Assembly: GCA_032718475.1 (NCBI GenBank)
Contig: JAUCBJ010002054.1
Coordinates: forward strand, 10,877-74,876
Length of the DNA: 64,000 nt
Direction of reading: 5' to 3'
Source of the DNA: Nemertoderma westbladi
Taxonomy: Eukaryota > Animalia > Xenacoelomorpha
A program made the translations under genes and the position numbers. A model generated the notes under the pieces. It was not told where the DNA came from, did not search any database, and was given only the letters and a program-made list of their open reading frames with translations. Shown piece by piece: positions 35,178 to 46,326 of the stretch (positions within the stretch are counted from its first letter, which is position 1; every line of letters starts with the position of its first letter).

Positions 35178-38100
35178 ATGAGTCAAACAACAAATACCGA
35201 CGTTCCGGTAACAGAACAATATGAGACTGCTGACGAGTCCAGTCAGCAATTAAACGTCACCACACCTGACGTAATTGAGACTATTAGTGCCCCTACCACA
35301 CAGACAGTAGGTATCGTCCCTGCTTCTGGGTTTATAGTTCAGGGTGCTGCTCGACACCCTGATGATGAAATCCCTGATGCTGACAGCAGTGACGATAGTA
35401 ACACATCCTTGAGGCATCCTACAATTAATAAAAGTGCAGGTGGTTACATGGGTAAGGTAACCAAGGCGACAAATAAATTAACCAAATGCCTAGACAGTGG
35501 ATCCTATGACCCGGCAGATTTAGCCAGAATGCTAGATGAATATGATCAGCTGTTACACGTGCAAACAATCAATTTACAGAAGTTGGTGAGTATAGCGACC
35601 AAAGAGAGACAGTTTAGAACTCTGACATCCCTATATGATAAGTTGCAGGTAATTCGTAACCATTTTATAGATATGAATAAGCGTATAAATGTGCTTAGAG
35701 TAAATTACCGAGCTAGTTTGGAGGAGGGACCCGAAACCGAAACATTTGACTCTGAAGATTTTGAGCTAAATGAATGGTTTCAGGGTTTCAAGGGTAAGTT
35801 GGAGATATATCTTCATAAGAAGGGAGTGGTAGTACCTGGACTACCATTACCAACAAAGGAGAACGAAAAAACAGGTAAGATAACTGCTCATGTAGATGAT
35901 AGTGTACCATCTCAGGTAAGTGGAAGGTGGTATCGACATAGCGAGTCAGTAAGTTCGCAGTCAATAACTGCATCGCAGCTGGACACAGTTAGAAGGTTAA
36001 GCGAAGATGGTCGCCGAACCGAGATGGAGAAGTTACATTTTGAACAGAGCGAAGTGATACGAATAAGCACCGAGCTTGCGGAAGCTGAGTTGCAGACGAT
36101 CACCCAAGATATTTCGCGCTTAAGTTTAGCAGGAGGCAGTAATATTTTGGACACCACAACTCGAGATGAAGCCACCAGGCGGGAGAGGGAAGCAAATGAT
36201 CGTTTGCTAGAAATCGAGTGCGAAAGTGCCGAACGTGAGGCTCAACGCGCCCGAGCGGAAGCCGAAATTGAACACGCCAGGGCAGAGGCAGAACGTACCA
36301 AGGCAGATAAACTTGCAGCCATTGAACGGAGACGAATTGAGCGTGACACCAATGCTCAATTACAGCGTATTGCTGATGAGAATAAACGTCACGCACATGA
36401 ACGGGAGATTGCCCGCCAAAGATTAGAGTTGAAGGAAAAACAAGAGGCATTGATCATCGATCAACGTCGAAAATTAGGGGAGCAGGAGCGCCACCGCAAA
36501 GCGAATGAATTAGAGGATAATCGCCGTCGCATAGCCATGCAGTTAGAAGAAGCCAAGACAGCTCTTCGATGTCAGCGCGCCGAGTCATTGTTAAGTGGGA
36601 TAGACCATGTTGCATCTTCCATAGAACGATACAATCAAACTCACGATAAGAAGGGAATGGAATCTAAAGTCCATTTTATTGAATCTTTTCATCGCCAGTT
36701 TGCAGGGAAGGGCTGGGTTAACCCAGAAGACGATTCTCCACCCAGCGCAATTTTGGAGCAACGACAGACCAGTGGGTCTGCGAGGATATTGAACTCCACC
36801 AATAGTAAGTGGCCTGACTACCAGCAACACCCTCGTGACCCCAAACACATGGACCAGTTATCTCCACACCATTTGTTAGGTTGTAAGTGCATAGAATGCC
36901 AGCACATTTCACCCATTATAAGGGGCATTATAAATCCGGCAGATAATGGTGAGTCACGCGAGAATTTTAGGATGAAGGAGGACGAACAACTGGTGGATTG
37001 GGACTGTTCCCATGGTAACCGTAACTTTAGACCCAACGAAACAACAGAACAACGTCAAGTTGGAATGTATCAATTACAACAAGCCATCCAAGAAGGCAAC
37101 CAGAGGATGATACAAGAGGTAAGAGACATTAAGGATCAGGTTCAACATATTGAAGGTAAAGTAAATCAAGAGTTTGAGTCTGTAAAGTGGTCGGTTCAGG
37201 AAGTGCAGGATAAAGTAGATAGTACTCAAAGAGAGCGTGAAAGGGTAGATATTCACACTCGAGAATTATCCGAGAATCTCCCTGAAGTAAACCCAACCAC
37301 ACTACCAAAATCCAAGGTTCAATTTCAAGCGATGGAATGTAACACAGATTCGGAGGAAGTATATGATCAATCATCGACTGCAAAAGGAATGTATCCGGGA
37401 TCGAGACCGCACTTTCAATCTAGAATATTTAAACCCGGCATGAAGTTTAACCAACAACCAAGAAATATTCGAGGTTCTTCAAATGTAGAAGGGAGTGGCT
37501 CAACGCCAGTATCAGTGATCGCATCAGAGTTATCTAAATTTGGTGCGAGACAGAGTCTCCCTCCACAGCAACCACCTTGTTTCACTGGATTACCGAAACA
37601 CTGGAGAAGTTTCATTCATTATATAGATTCCTGTGTAGCGTCACAGGATTTTACATCACATGAGAAATTTTGTTATCTATACCAATTCTTAAAAGGGGAA
37701 CCCAAGGAACTAGTAAGTACATTTGTGGGAGACGATAATGCCTTTGAATCTGCCTATGAGCGGTTAGTAACCACCTATGGTGGTAATGTTAGAATGGCTC
37801 GCTCAGTAGTTGAAGAATTGACAAAGGGAAATCCAGCCGTAACACCCATAGAAGTAGTGAAACTAGCCGATGCTATAAAATCAGCAATCAAGATTTTGCC
37901 AATATATGGGTGTGAGCATTACGGATCCAGACCGGATATTCTACGAGACATTATGAAACGACTTACACTGCGCCATAGGCGAAAGGTAAGGGGCCTAGAA
38001 AGCCGAGTAGAAGCTAGGGGGGAATCACTATCTATTAAACATATTTACGATGTAATATCAGCAGAAGGTGAGGCCGAGTTGAGGTCTAATTACCCTGAAG

Positions 38101-41100
38101 AGTATTTAGGAGTAGAAAGACGTCAGCAACTCAAATTTAAGAGCACAATGGTAAGTGCTGGTAACCCAGCATCATCATACACTTCCTTATCTGACCAAGA
38201 AATGACAAAGGTGAATTCGGCTGCGGGATATAGCGCCAAAATTAAAGTAGCGCCACCCATTGGACCCAAGGTAACTACAGTGCAACAATTGCCACCAGAT
38301 TTTCGTGGATGTCAATATTGTCATCAATTGACTCAGAAATCAAATGACCACAAGCTGGTAGGGTGCAACCTGTTTTCCAAACTCGATGTAGAGAAACGGC
38401 GTTTAGCCATTCGGTCGCTAGACGCTTGCTGGAAGTGTTTAGGCACTGGGCATAAGCGGCGGGACTGTACCACCTCTAGCGTAAGTAAGGGATGCGTTGA
38501 CTGTGGTCGATTGCACCACAGATTATTGCACACATCTCAACACACGCCTACTAAAAGATATCTACAGGACCATCCTAGAGTATTGACTAGACCTGCTAAT
38601 ACCACCAAGCGCAACGTAACGTTTGCCCAAACAACCGATTTTGAGACTAATTACCAATCAGGTTCATCAAGTGAAGGTGAATACGAGTACAGTGAAACTT
38701 CAGAACCAGAAATTTATGCAACTGATTCGGAACCCAGCACCACCCTGCTAACTCGAACGCAGTCCGCTGCTTTCAGCATAATTCAAGTCAAAATTCAAGG
38801 TGAGTTTGGTTCTAAGCGCATATATTGTCTATTAGATCATGCATCTAACCAAAGTTACGTTGATGAGGAAGTGGCAAGTGTGGTCGCAGACATGGAAAAA
38901 ACCAAGTCGACACTAATGGAAGTTGGATCATTACATGGACAAAAGGAAATTCCCATCAAGTATGTGAGATTGACAGTAGATTCGTTGCTACCAAGAACCA
39001 AACAGACTACCACAGAACAACGTATGTTACCAATGAAACATTTAAAATTTGCGGCTATACGTGATTTCACCCAACTATTGGGATCTGTGCCCATACCTGA
39101 TAAGAAACAAAGGGAGTACTTTAAAGACTATAATATTCCCGAGTATCGCATAGATTATCGTAATGTATCAATGATCATTGGAACGGATCATTTCGATGCT
39201 CACAGAGTCCTAGAGAGTAAGCCAACAAAGTGGAAGCCAGGTGAGCCATATTCTTGTAGAACATTGTTAGGATGGTACACTAGATTTCCTTTAGAATGGT
39301 TAGCTAACACTAATAACAAATCATTTGAAATAGATGACTATCAAACTAACACAATGACGTCAGAAGTGAAACACCCTTCCGATTTTAATGATGAAAATGT
39401 ATCCGAGATAGACGTAACTACAGTAGAGGAAAGTTGCTTGTTGACTAACCCACTCGGATTTCCGTCAGACACAGATTTCTATCACATTGATTCCCTGAAA
39501 TTAATGGATGAGGATCCCAAGGAAGACGCAGAGGAAGAGGTTGGAAGGATGCATCAGGTGTTATTCGACCCTGATGAATATAAGAGGGACCATACTATAT
39601 TGACCCTTTTTTGCAAAAATATAACTGCCATAACCAAGCAGGAAGTATTAGAGACAATTAGAAATCCTAACATTATCGAGGATAGGAAACAATTAGCATA
39701 TGATTATATTGATGAAGAAAGGATGATGAATCATAAAGTATTACAATGGTTAGACCAAGATGCCGCAGAGCGAAATTGTTATGACAAAGCCCTATCCGCA
39801 GACGACCAACGGGCGATAGACATAATGAACAGGACAACTAAACTATTAGATAATGGACATTATGAGGTAGGTATGTTGTGGCGAGAAGAACCACCTACAC
39901 TGAAAAATAACTACCCACTAGCACTAAAGCGGATGTTAGCAGTACGAAAGCGTCTGCTACGGGATGAGGAAATTCACAGACAATATCGTGCACAAATAGA
40001 CGATTACTTGGAAAACGGATACGCAATAAAAATGGAACACCCTGAAGAGACAACACCACAAACTTACTACCTACCTCATCACTTTGTAGTTCACCCAGAT
40101 AAACCGGGTAAGTTAAGGGTAGTAAATGACTGCAGGGAACAATACCTAGGAATGTCCTTAAATAGTGAACTGCTGGACGGACCCAATTTAAACAACAATT
40201 TAATTGGGATTCTCATCAGGTTCAGACAGCGAAACGTAGCTTTCACGAGTGATGTGTTAGCGATGTTTCACCAAGTGTTTGCACTAAAACAAGACCAAGA
40301 CAGTCTACGTTTCCTGTGGTACCCCACTAAGGACTTGTCTGGAGAACCTGCGGTCTACCAGATGACCCGAAGAATATTCGGTGGACGAGACAGCCCCAAT
40401 TGTACCTTACACGTTTTAAAACAAACAGCTATCAATCAACGAGATAAGTTTAATGACATTGTTGTAGAAACAATTAAGAAGGACTTCTATATGGATGATG
40501 GGTTGAAGAGCATGGACACTGTAGAGAGCGCAATAGCACTGGCGCATGGGCTACAGGATTGTCTAGCAGGAGGAGGATTTAAACTTACCAAGTTTACTTC
40601 TAACTCCTCAGAACTCATAAACTCATTCCCAGTGGAAGAACGAGGGGCAGGGAATATCGAACTAAAGTTCGAACCCATACCCACAGCAAGAGTCTTAGGT
40701 TTGGCTTGGGACCCAAACAAAGATACATTCTATGTAAGAGTTAAAGCACCCGTATATGAAGGGACTTTGACAAAGAGAATATGTCTATCGATGATGAGTC
40801 GATTGTTCGATCCACTGAGTTTTTTAAGTCCTGTGATTTTACAAGCCAGGCAGTATCTGAGGGAGATCTGGATTGCGGGTACTGACTGGGATGAACCCAT
40901 TAGCGAGAGTTCAGCAAAGTTGTGGAGGAAGTGGGAAGAACAGCTCCCAATCCTCACAACATTACATATCCCAAGGGTCTACTTCCCTAGCCAATCAATA
41001 TTCCCCACATCATTGGAGCTTCATTGCTTCAGCGATGCGAGTGATACGGGCTTGGGGGTAGTTCTATATTTAAGACGAGAGGTGAGTAAAGGAGTTTTCG

Positions 41101-43595
41101 AGACATCATTTGTTACTTCAAAGGCCAAGACTGTGCCTTTGAAATACTTGGATGTTTCCCGTAGCGAATTACAAGCAGCAACCATCTCTGTAGGAGTAGC
41201 TAGAACCATCAAGAGAGAATTGGAAGCTGAATTGGAAACATTTTATTGGACGGACGCCACGTTAGTTTTATATTACATAAAAAGCGACAAAGTACAGTTT
41301 AAAACATTCGTAGCTAATAGAAGGGTCGAGATATTAGACACATCCACCAAGGACGATTGGAGATACTGCCCAGGTAACCAGAACCCTGCTGATAAAGCGT
41401 CACGTGGAATGATGCCAAGGGAATTTTCTGATCCCAAGGTTACAGATTTCTGGTTACATGGTCCGGACTTCCTACAACAACCAAGAGAACGATGGCCACC
41501 AATATTCGATTGCAACGTTGGAAGTCTTCCTAAGGAGGCAGAAGTAAAGGTAGTGAAAGTAACTAAGTCAAAGGCTAAGGCTGAGAAAGTGATTAAACCT
41601 AGGAAGACGTATCATAAACGCGTCCGAGTAAACACGGATGTAAGTGAGTCCCAAATTAAAAATTTGGGGCGGAAAATGTTAGCAGATGCTAGAGGTATCA
41701 TGATCGCTGAGAAAACCCAGGATTTTCTGGGAGACGTGGACAGGACCGATCTTTTGACCCAGTCAGCGCTTGTAACCCTACGGAGTTCACTCAGTACTGA
41801 TCCAAAGCCAAATCAACCGGTGAGTTTGTCCAGACCAGTAAATGTTATATCAAGACCAATAGTAAATCAGTCTAGACTTCCATTGACCATAACCGAGACA
41901 AAAACAGACATTGACAATCCAAATCTGATGGAAAATAAAATAAATATAGAAATTCCTAAAATTGTTCAGGTATCAGCTCCAAGACTATCGCGCAATGTTG
42001 TAAAACCATCTTTAGAAACTTCAAGGTCGGTTTATGACAGATTGCTTGTACTAAGTTCATCCTGGTTAGACATATGTCGTAAAGTAGCGTGGATTCGACG
42101 ATGTATAAAGGTATTTCAAACTTGTAAAAACCCAATAAGCGAACGAATAAAGTTAAGGCCCGGTTTAACTTTACAAGAGATAGATTGCGCTGAACATCAT
42201 TTATTAACACATTTCCAATGGAAACACTTTGCGGGAGAATTCCATTTGATCTCCAGTGGAAAATCCATAAAGTCTTCTTCAACATTAATAAAATTTAGTC
42301 CAACAATCCATCAAGGTCTTTTATGTCATAATTCAAGACTTCAGTCAACCAACTTCAAGACTGGATTTTTATTCCCAATCATTATTCCACCAGATTTCGA
42401 ATTGCAAAGAGCAATAATACTAGACGCACATCTTCGACTAAGACATGCAGGGCGATCACATTGTCTGTCGGACATTCGACAGCGGTTTGTCCTAATTAAA
42501 CCGACAAATGCCCTCACTTCTGTTCTATCCAACTGTTTCGCCTGCAAAAAATTGCAAAGACGGTTGATGGAACAGGAAATGAGCAATCTACCGTTGGCAA
42601 GAGTGGAGGCTTATCAACCTCCATTCACAAACACCGGCCTGGATTGTTTTGGACCAATTGAAACCAAACGTGCTCGCTCCATCGTAAAACGATGGGGTCT
42701 GATATTTATATGTATGGCCTGCCGCGCCGTCCATATCGAGCGTGTTGCAGATTTGTCGACAAATGCCCTGTTACTAGCCATAAGACGATTCATGGCAAGA
42801 CGGGGTCAGGTAAAGGCATTCTATTCGGATAAGGGTACCAATTTTGTGGGAGGCAATAATGAGATAAAGAAAACCTTTGACAAGATCGATTGTGACCAGA
42901 TATCAAAGGAATTATTGCCCAACAGAGTCGAATGGCACTTTAATACAGTAGACAGTCCCTGGCGAGGTGGCAGCTGGGAAAGAATCATTCGATCTATCAA
43001 GCTTGCCATGTATAAGACTGTTCCTGTAAACAAAGTGCTAAACGACGATGAATTTGTTACCTTATTGGCCGAAATCGAGTCGATGTTGAATTCTAGACCC
43101 TTAACCATTATCACAGACAAGAATGACAATAAGGTGACATTGACGCCAAATCACTTACTTATGCAAGCACCTACACCCTTACTACCAGTGTCTGTACATG
43201 ACAGGAGAGATCTCTACAGTAAGAAAAGTTGGGAGGTTAATCAATATCTGACCAATAACTTCTGGGAGTTATGGATCAAATACTACCTACCGACTCTTTC
43301 ACAAAGATCAAAATGGTATAAACAAACTCGAAATCTGAAGCGTGGTGACATGGTCCTCATCGCAGATGAGGACATGAAACGGCGCGAGTGGTTAACAGGG
43401 GTCGTTGTGAAAACACATCCATCCCAAAATGGAATAATAAGAACTGTTTCAGTTAAAAGTATCAAAAATGACCTTCTACTGCGGCCAATCCAACAATTAG
43501 TATTGTTGGAAGAAGCACGCTACGAACACGGGGACTATATCATCCCTAAGAAAAAGAAAGTTCAAAATGAAGCGGGCAAAGCGCCCACAAATTAA
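35178..43595 (+). CDS. BEL/Pao Gag-Pol polyprotein (Gag, PR, RT, RNase H, integrase), 2805 aa
   Basis: Three Gag zinc knuckles, LLDHAS protease site, YYLPHH..KLRVV, FYMDD, LHCFSDAS, NPADKASRG, HHCC finger, GLDCFGP/SDKGTNF/GGSWER integrase core. Confidence 0.96.
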   Translation: MSQTTNTDVPVTEQYETADESSQQLNVTTPDVIETISAPTTQTVGIVPASGFIVQGAARHPDDEIPDADSSDDSNTSLRHPTINKSAGGYMGKVTKATNKLTKCLDSGSYDPADLARMLDEYDQLLHVQTINLQKLVSIATKERQFRTLTSLYDKLQVIRNHFIDMNKRINVLRVNYRASLEEGPETETFDSEDFELNEWFQGFKGKLEIYLHKKGVVVPGLPLPTKENEKTGKITAHVDDSVPSQVSGRWYRHSESVSSQSITASQLDTVRRLSEDGRRTEMEKLHFEQSEVIRISTELAEAELQTITQDISRLSLAGGSNILDTTTRDEATRREREANDRLLEIECESAEREAQRARAEAEIEHARAEAERTKADKLAAIERRRIERDTNAQLQRIADENKRHAHEREIARQRLELKEKQEALIIDQRRKLGEQERHRKANELEDNRRRIAMQLEEAKTALRCQRAESLLSGIDHVASSIERYNQTHDKKGMESKVHFIESFHRQFAGKGWVNPEDDSPPSAILEQRQTSGSARILNSTNSKWPDYQQHPRDPKHMDQLSPHHLLGCKCIECQHISPIIRGIINPADNGESRENFRMKEDEQLVDWDCSHGNRNFRPNETTEQRQVGMYQLQQAIQEGNQRMIQEVRDIKDQVQHIEGKVNQEFESVKWSVQEVQDKVDSTQRERERVDIHTRELSENLPEVNPTTLPKSKVQFQAMECNTDSEEVYDQSSTAKGMYPGSRPHFQSRIFKPGMKFNQQPRNIRGSSNVEGSGSTPVSVIASELSKFGARQSLPPQQPPCFTGLPKHWRSFIHYIDSCVASQDFTSHEKFCYLYQFLKGEPKELVSTFVGDDNAFESAYERLVTTYGGNVRMARSVVEELTKGNPAVTPIEVVKLADAIKSAIKILPIYGCEHYGSRPDILRDIMKRLTLRHRRKVRGLESRVEARGESLSIKHIYDVISAEGEAELRSNYPEEYLGVERRQQLKFKSTMVSAGNPASSYTSLSDQEMTKVNSAAGYSAKIKVAPPIGPKVTTVQQLPPDFRGCQYCHQLTQKSNDHKLVGCNLFSKLDVEKRRLAIRSLDACWKCLGTGHKRRDCTTSSVSKGCVDCGRLHHRLLHTSQHTPTKRYLQDHPRVLTRPANTTKRNVTFAQTTDFETNYQSGSSSEGEYEYSETSEPEIYATDSEPSTTLLTRTQSAAFSIIQVKIQGEFGSKRIYCLLDHASNQSYVDEEVASVVADMEKTKSTLMEVGSLHGQKEIPIKYVRLTVDSLLPRTKQTTTEQRMLPMKHLKFAAIRDFTQLLGSVPIPDKKQREYFKDYNIPEYRIDYRNVSMIIGTDHFDAHRVLESKPTKWKPGEPYSCRTLLGWYTRFPLEWLANTNNKSFEIDDYQTNTMTSEVKHPSDFNDENVSEIDVTTVEESCLLTNPLGFPSDTDFYHIDSLKLMDEDPKEDAEEEVGRMHQVLFDPDEYKRDHTILTLFCKNITAITKQEVLETIRNPNIIEDRKQLAYDYIDEERMMNHKVLQWLDQDAAERNCYDKALSADDQRAIDIMNRTTKLLDNGHYEVGMLWREEPPTLKNNYPLALKRMLAVRKRLLRDEEIHRQYRAQIDDYLENGYAIKMEHPEETTPQTYYLPHHFVVHPDKPGKLRVVNDCREQYLGMSLNSELLDGPNLNNNLIGILIRFRQRNVAFTSDVLAMFHQVFALKQDQDSLRFLWYPTKDLSGEPAVYQMTRRIFGGRDSPNCTLHVLKQTAINQRDKFNDIVVETIKKDFYMDDGLKSMDTVESAIALAHGLQDCLAGGGFKLTKFTSNSSELINSFPVEERGAGNIELKFEPIPTARVLGLAWDPNKDTFYVRVKAPVYEGTLTKRICLSMMSRLFDPLSFLSPVILQARQYLREIWIAGTDWDEPISESSAKLWRKWEEQLPILTTLHIPRVYFPSQSIFPTSLELHCFSDASDTGLGVVLYLRREVSKGVFETSFVTSKAKTVPLKYLDVSRSELQAATISVGVARTIKRELEAELETFYWTDATLVLYYIKSDKVQFKTFVANRRVEILDTSTKDDWRYCPGNQNPADKASRGMMPREFSDPKVTDFWLHGPDFLQQPRERWPPIFDCNVGSLPKEAEVKVVKVTKSKAKAEKVIKPRKTYHKRVRVNTDVSESQIKNLGRKMLADARGIMIAEKTQDFLGDVDRTDLLTQSALVTLRSSLSTDPKPNQPVSLSRPVNVISRPIVNQSRLPLTITETKTDIDNPNLMENKINIEIPKIVQVSAPRLSRNVVKPSLETSRSVYDRLLVLSSSWLDICRKVAWIRRCIKVFQTCKNPISERIKLRPGLTLQEIDCAEHHLLTHFQWKHFAGEFHLISSGKSIKSSSTLIKFSPTIHQGLLCHNSRLQSTNFKTGFLFPIIIPPDFELQRAIILDAHLRLRHAGRSHCLSDIRQRFVLIKPTNALTSVLSNCFACKKLQRRLMEQEMSNLPLARVEAYQPPFTNTGLDCFGPIETKRARSIVKRWGLIFICMACRAVHIERVADLSTNALLLAIRRFMARRGQVKAFYSDKGTNFVGGNNEIKKTFDKIDCDQISKELLPNRVEWHFNTVDSPWRGGSWERIIRSIKLAMYKTVPVNKVLNDDEFVTLLAEIESMLNSRPLTIITDKNDNKVTLTPNHLLMQAPTPLLPVSVHDRRDLYSKKSWEVNQYLTNNFWELWIKYYLPTLSQRSKWYKQTRNLKRGDMVLIADEDMKRREWLTGVVVKTHPSQNGIIRTVSVKSIKNDLLLRPIQQLVLLEEARYEHGDYIIPKKKKVQNEAGKAPTN

Positions 43596-45046
43596 TCACA
43601 AAATAATAACAAATTACATAATTGTGTATATGCAATTCCATGTAAGTTTAAAAAATACGAGTTCAACGTATATTGGGGCGGTGTATTCTGGAACCTGTAA
43701 TTCCACTGCCTCATGTGTTATATTTGAAAAAATAAGTATGTTTTTTGTTGAGAATTCGTAAGCATTTAATTTTTTGAAAATTTAATTTATATTTAATTTA
43801 TATAAAGTTTTCCGAAAATTAAAGTCTCTCCCTGAAATAAAGAAATAACAAACCTGGAACAAACAACACCAAAGTTATGTAGCGGTATAGCAAAAATTCA
43901 AACCAGCCATTAGATTCCCATATGTACAATTGGTCGATAATGCGACTGTCCAGAGTAGTGCGTGCTGTCGCGGCGTTGTTGAAACGGACCATGGGGCGGA
44001 CCAACATGCGCACAGATCTTATATTGGTTGTTTCATTCATAAAGTTGTGAAACATAATAATATCATATTCATCCATTCTGGCGTTTATTTTAATTGGGAG
44101 GGAAATTAGGTGTTCCCAAATTTAATTTGACGTTAAAGGCTGACCTACCGAAAAAATTGTATCGACCAAGGTTGGGAAGGGAAATAAATTAACTTTGGGA
44201 TTGATGATTCACAGTTAAATTGTAATAAACCTATATCTCTACTTGGAATGTTATATACTACGTAATGATATGGCTGGCTACTATGTCTCCATTGTTAGCG
44301 ACCATTATAATGAAATCGAACCGCTATTTGGTTGGAATTACCATAATTGTGTAAAGAAACCCTTCAATAGATCGGGATGTAGGAATGAAATTCTATATAA
44401 ACATAAACAGCTCGTTGATTCTTGCGTCGAAGAAGTCATTGAGAAATGCGCGGCGACGGTTAAACCGGGAGCTGAATCCTATCCGAAGAAGGTTATTCGA
44501 AATGTACGGTCAGGACGGTGGTTGGCGCAACACAGAGACTTCCGGGGCCAAGTCTTGGGGCGTGGTAAAGCACAAAGGGATAGAACGCCATCTGCGGCGG
44601 CAGGTATAGCGATTGGTCATTGCCGATGTCGTAAACCTGCACGGGAAAATTTCCATATCTAAGAATCAAGTAAACTCTGAGACTCAAAGACATGTTTGCC
44701 CGATGCCCACCCAAGACCTGAAGGTGATACGATTTGCTCTATAATCAAAAAAAAAAAGGGGGGGGGGATATGTAAAGGGGATCCTGTTATTACATAATTA
44801 TTGTGCATTCAGTAAATTTGCTTTATTTTCAATGATAGTATATATTTTGTAAACTTGATTGCACTGTACAACAAATATGTGTTATTTCTTTGAATCATTT
44901 TCCTCCAACATATCATTATAGTGTTATTGTTTATAGTGTTACTAAGCAACCAGGCAATATGTTTGTCACCCGAAAGAAGATAAAATTATTATATTGAAAG
45001 AAAGGCTTTATTATCTTCATACTATATTTAACACTTTATCTTGCGT

Positions 45047-45112
45047 AGCATGATAGCTCATTCGGTAGAGCGCCGGACTTTGAAAGTAATATGTCCAGGT
45101 TCGATTCTGTAA
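45047..45112 (+). other. tRNA-like (A-box/B-box) segment inside the element C 3' region
   Basis: TAGCTCATTCGGTAGAGCG D-arm and CAGGTTCGATTCTG T-arm, but no proper acceptor or anticodon stem. Confidence 0.5.
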
Positions 45113-45430
45113 GAAAGATAATTTTTTTTTTTTGCAAATTCAGCAGAAACTTTATTTTTTGATTTTTTATGATAGTCATTATGAATGAAGTATTTAAGTA
45201 TATTTTAGAATTATTTTGTGTTCATACGTCAAGACCCACCCGTCATGTTATGATAGTTTAATTTGGAATAAGTATTTTTAGTTAATTGAATTGTGCTTAA
45301 TATAGGTCAGTTTAATTTGGAATAAGTATTTTAGAATTGAATTGTGCATAATATAGGTTATATGAAGGTTATATTTGGGGAAAACATCTTGCGACAATCA
45401 TAATATCGCTGTTGATGTTTTCCGGGGCGG

Positions 45431-46262
45431 TGTTAAACTCTGTACGTACTGCAGTAGCAATACAGGAAAAAACTCATTTATTTTGTGCCAATACATTTCT
45501 ACCTAAACGGGTGGCCCTTCTAAATTGATTTAGATACTGTTCAGTTATGCGCATGCACCAGGCCCATTCCATGTAGGTGAAAAGAAGGGCGCTGTGATTG
45601 GCCATTTATCTGTTTGCTGGACGAATAAGAAAGCTAGTAGCTTCTCATATCCAAGTAAAAACCGGTTTACTGAATTTTATGCAATATCAACGAGAACTTA
45701 CTGGAACCGGTAAAAACCAGTTTTGTTATTATATGGTTGCAAAACAGACCTATATTCTTACAGTATTACTCTTCAAGATTTTATATTGAATTTGTTATTG
45801 ATTGTATTGAATTTATCTTATATCCAATTCTGATTTTGTACCGTAAAATGTATTCGTATCTATAAATATGTATTAACCCCAATTATTTGTTTGTGTTGGT
45901 AATTTTGCAAATCAGTATGCGATAAAGACATCCAGTGATCGGTTCGGAATTAAAACCCCATTGTTTTAACATGAGAGGCACATTCTCCGTCTAATAATTA
46001 TGGAGTGAGGAGGTCGAGCCGTACCGGCCGACTGCAGGAGCCCAAAATGGATGGATGATGTTACACAACACGAGTGAAACATAAGGGCAGTAAGTTGGAC
46101 TGGGCAAGCCACAAGGGGAGGGGGGTCTCATTAGGTTGATGTACACAATTCCATTAGGTTAACTGGTGCTTTAACTATTTCCTGTACTTGGGTTTGGGCC
46201 AAATTGAACCGGGATACCCCATCAGAATAACCACACAGGCATCACGGAAGTGCAAAGGGGAG
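45431..46262 (+). repeat. Element C 3' LTR, truncated
   Basis: Colinear with 32901-~33730, then abrupt junction to element D sequence. Confidence 0.9.
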
Positions 46263-46326
46263 TTGTTTGTACTGGTCTGTCCATGTGGTGCCTTCCAAGC
46301 ACATTGACATCACTTGTCCTAGAGTT

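Larger units (their letters stand above)
32901..46262 (+). mobile_element. Element C: BEL/Pao LTR retrotransposon with intact gag-pol; 3' LTR truncated
   Basis: LTR starts TGTTAAACTC at 32901 and at 45431 (after PPT CCGGGGCGG); homology between LTRs stops at ~33730 / ~46262. Confidence 0.92.
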
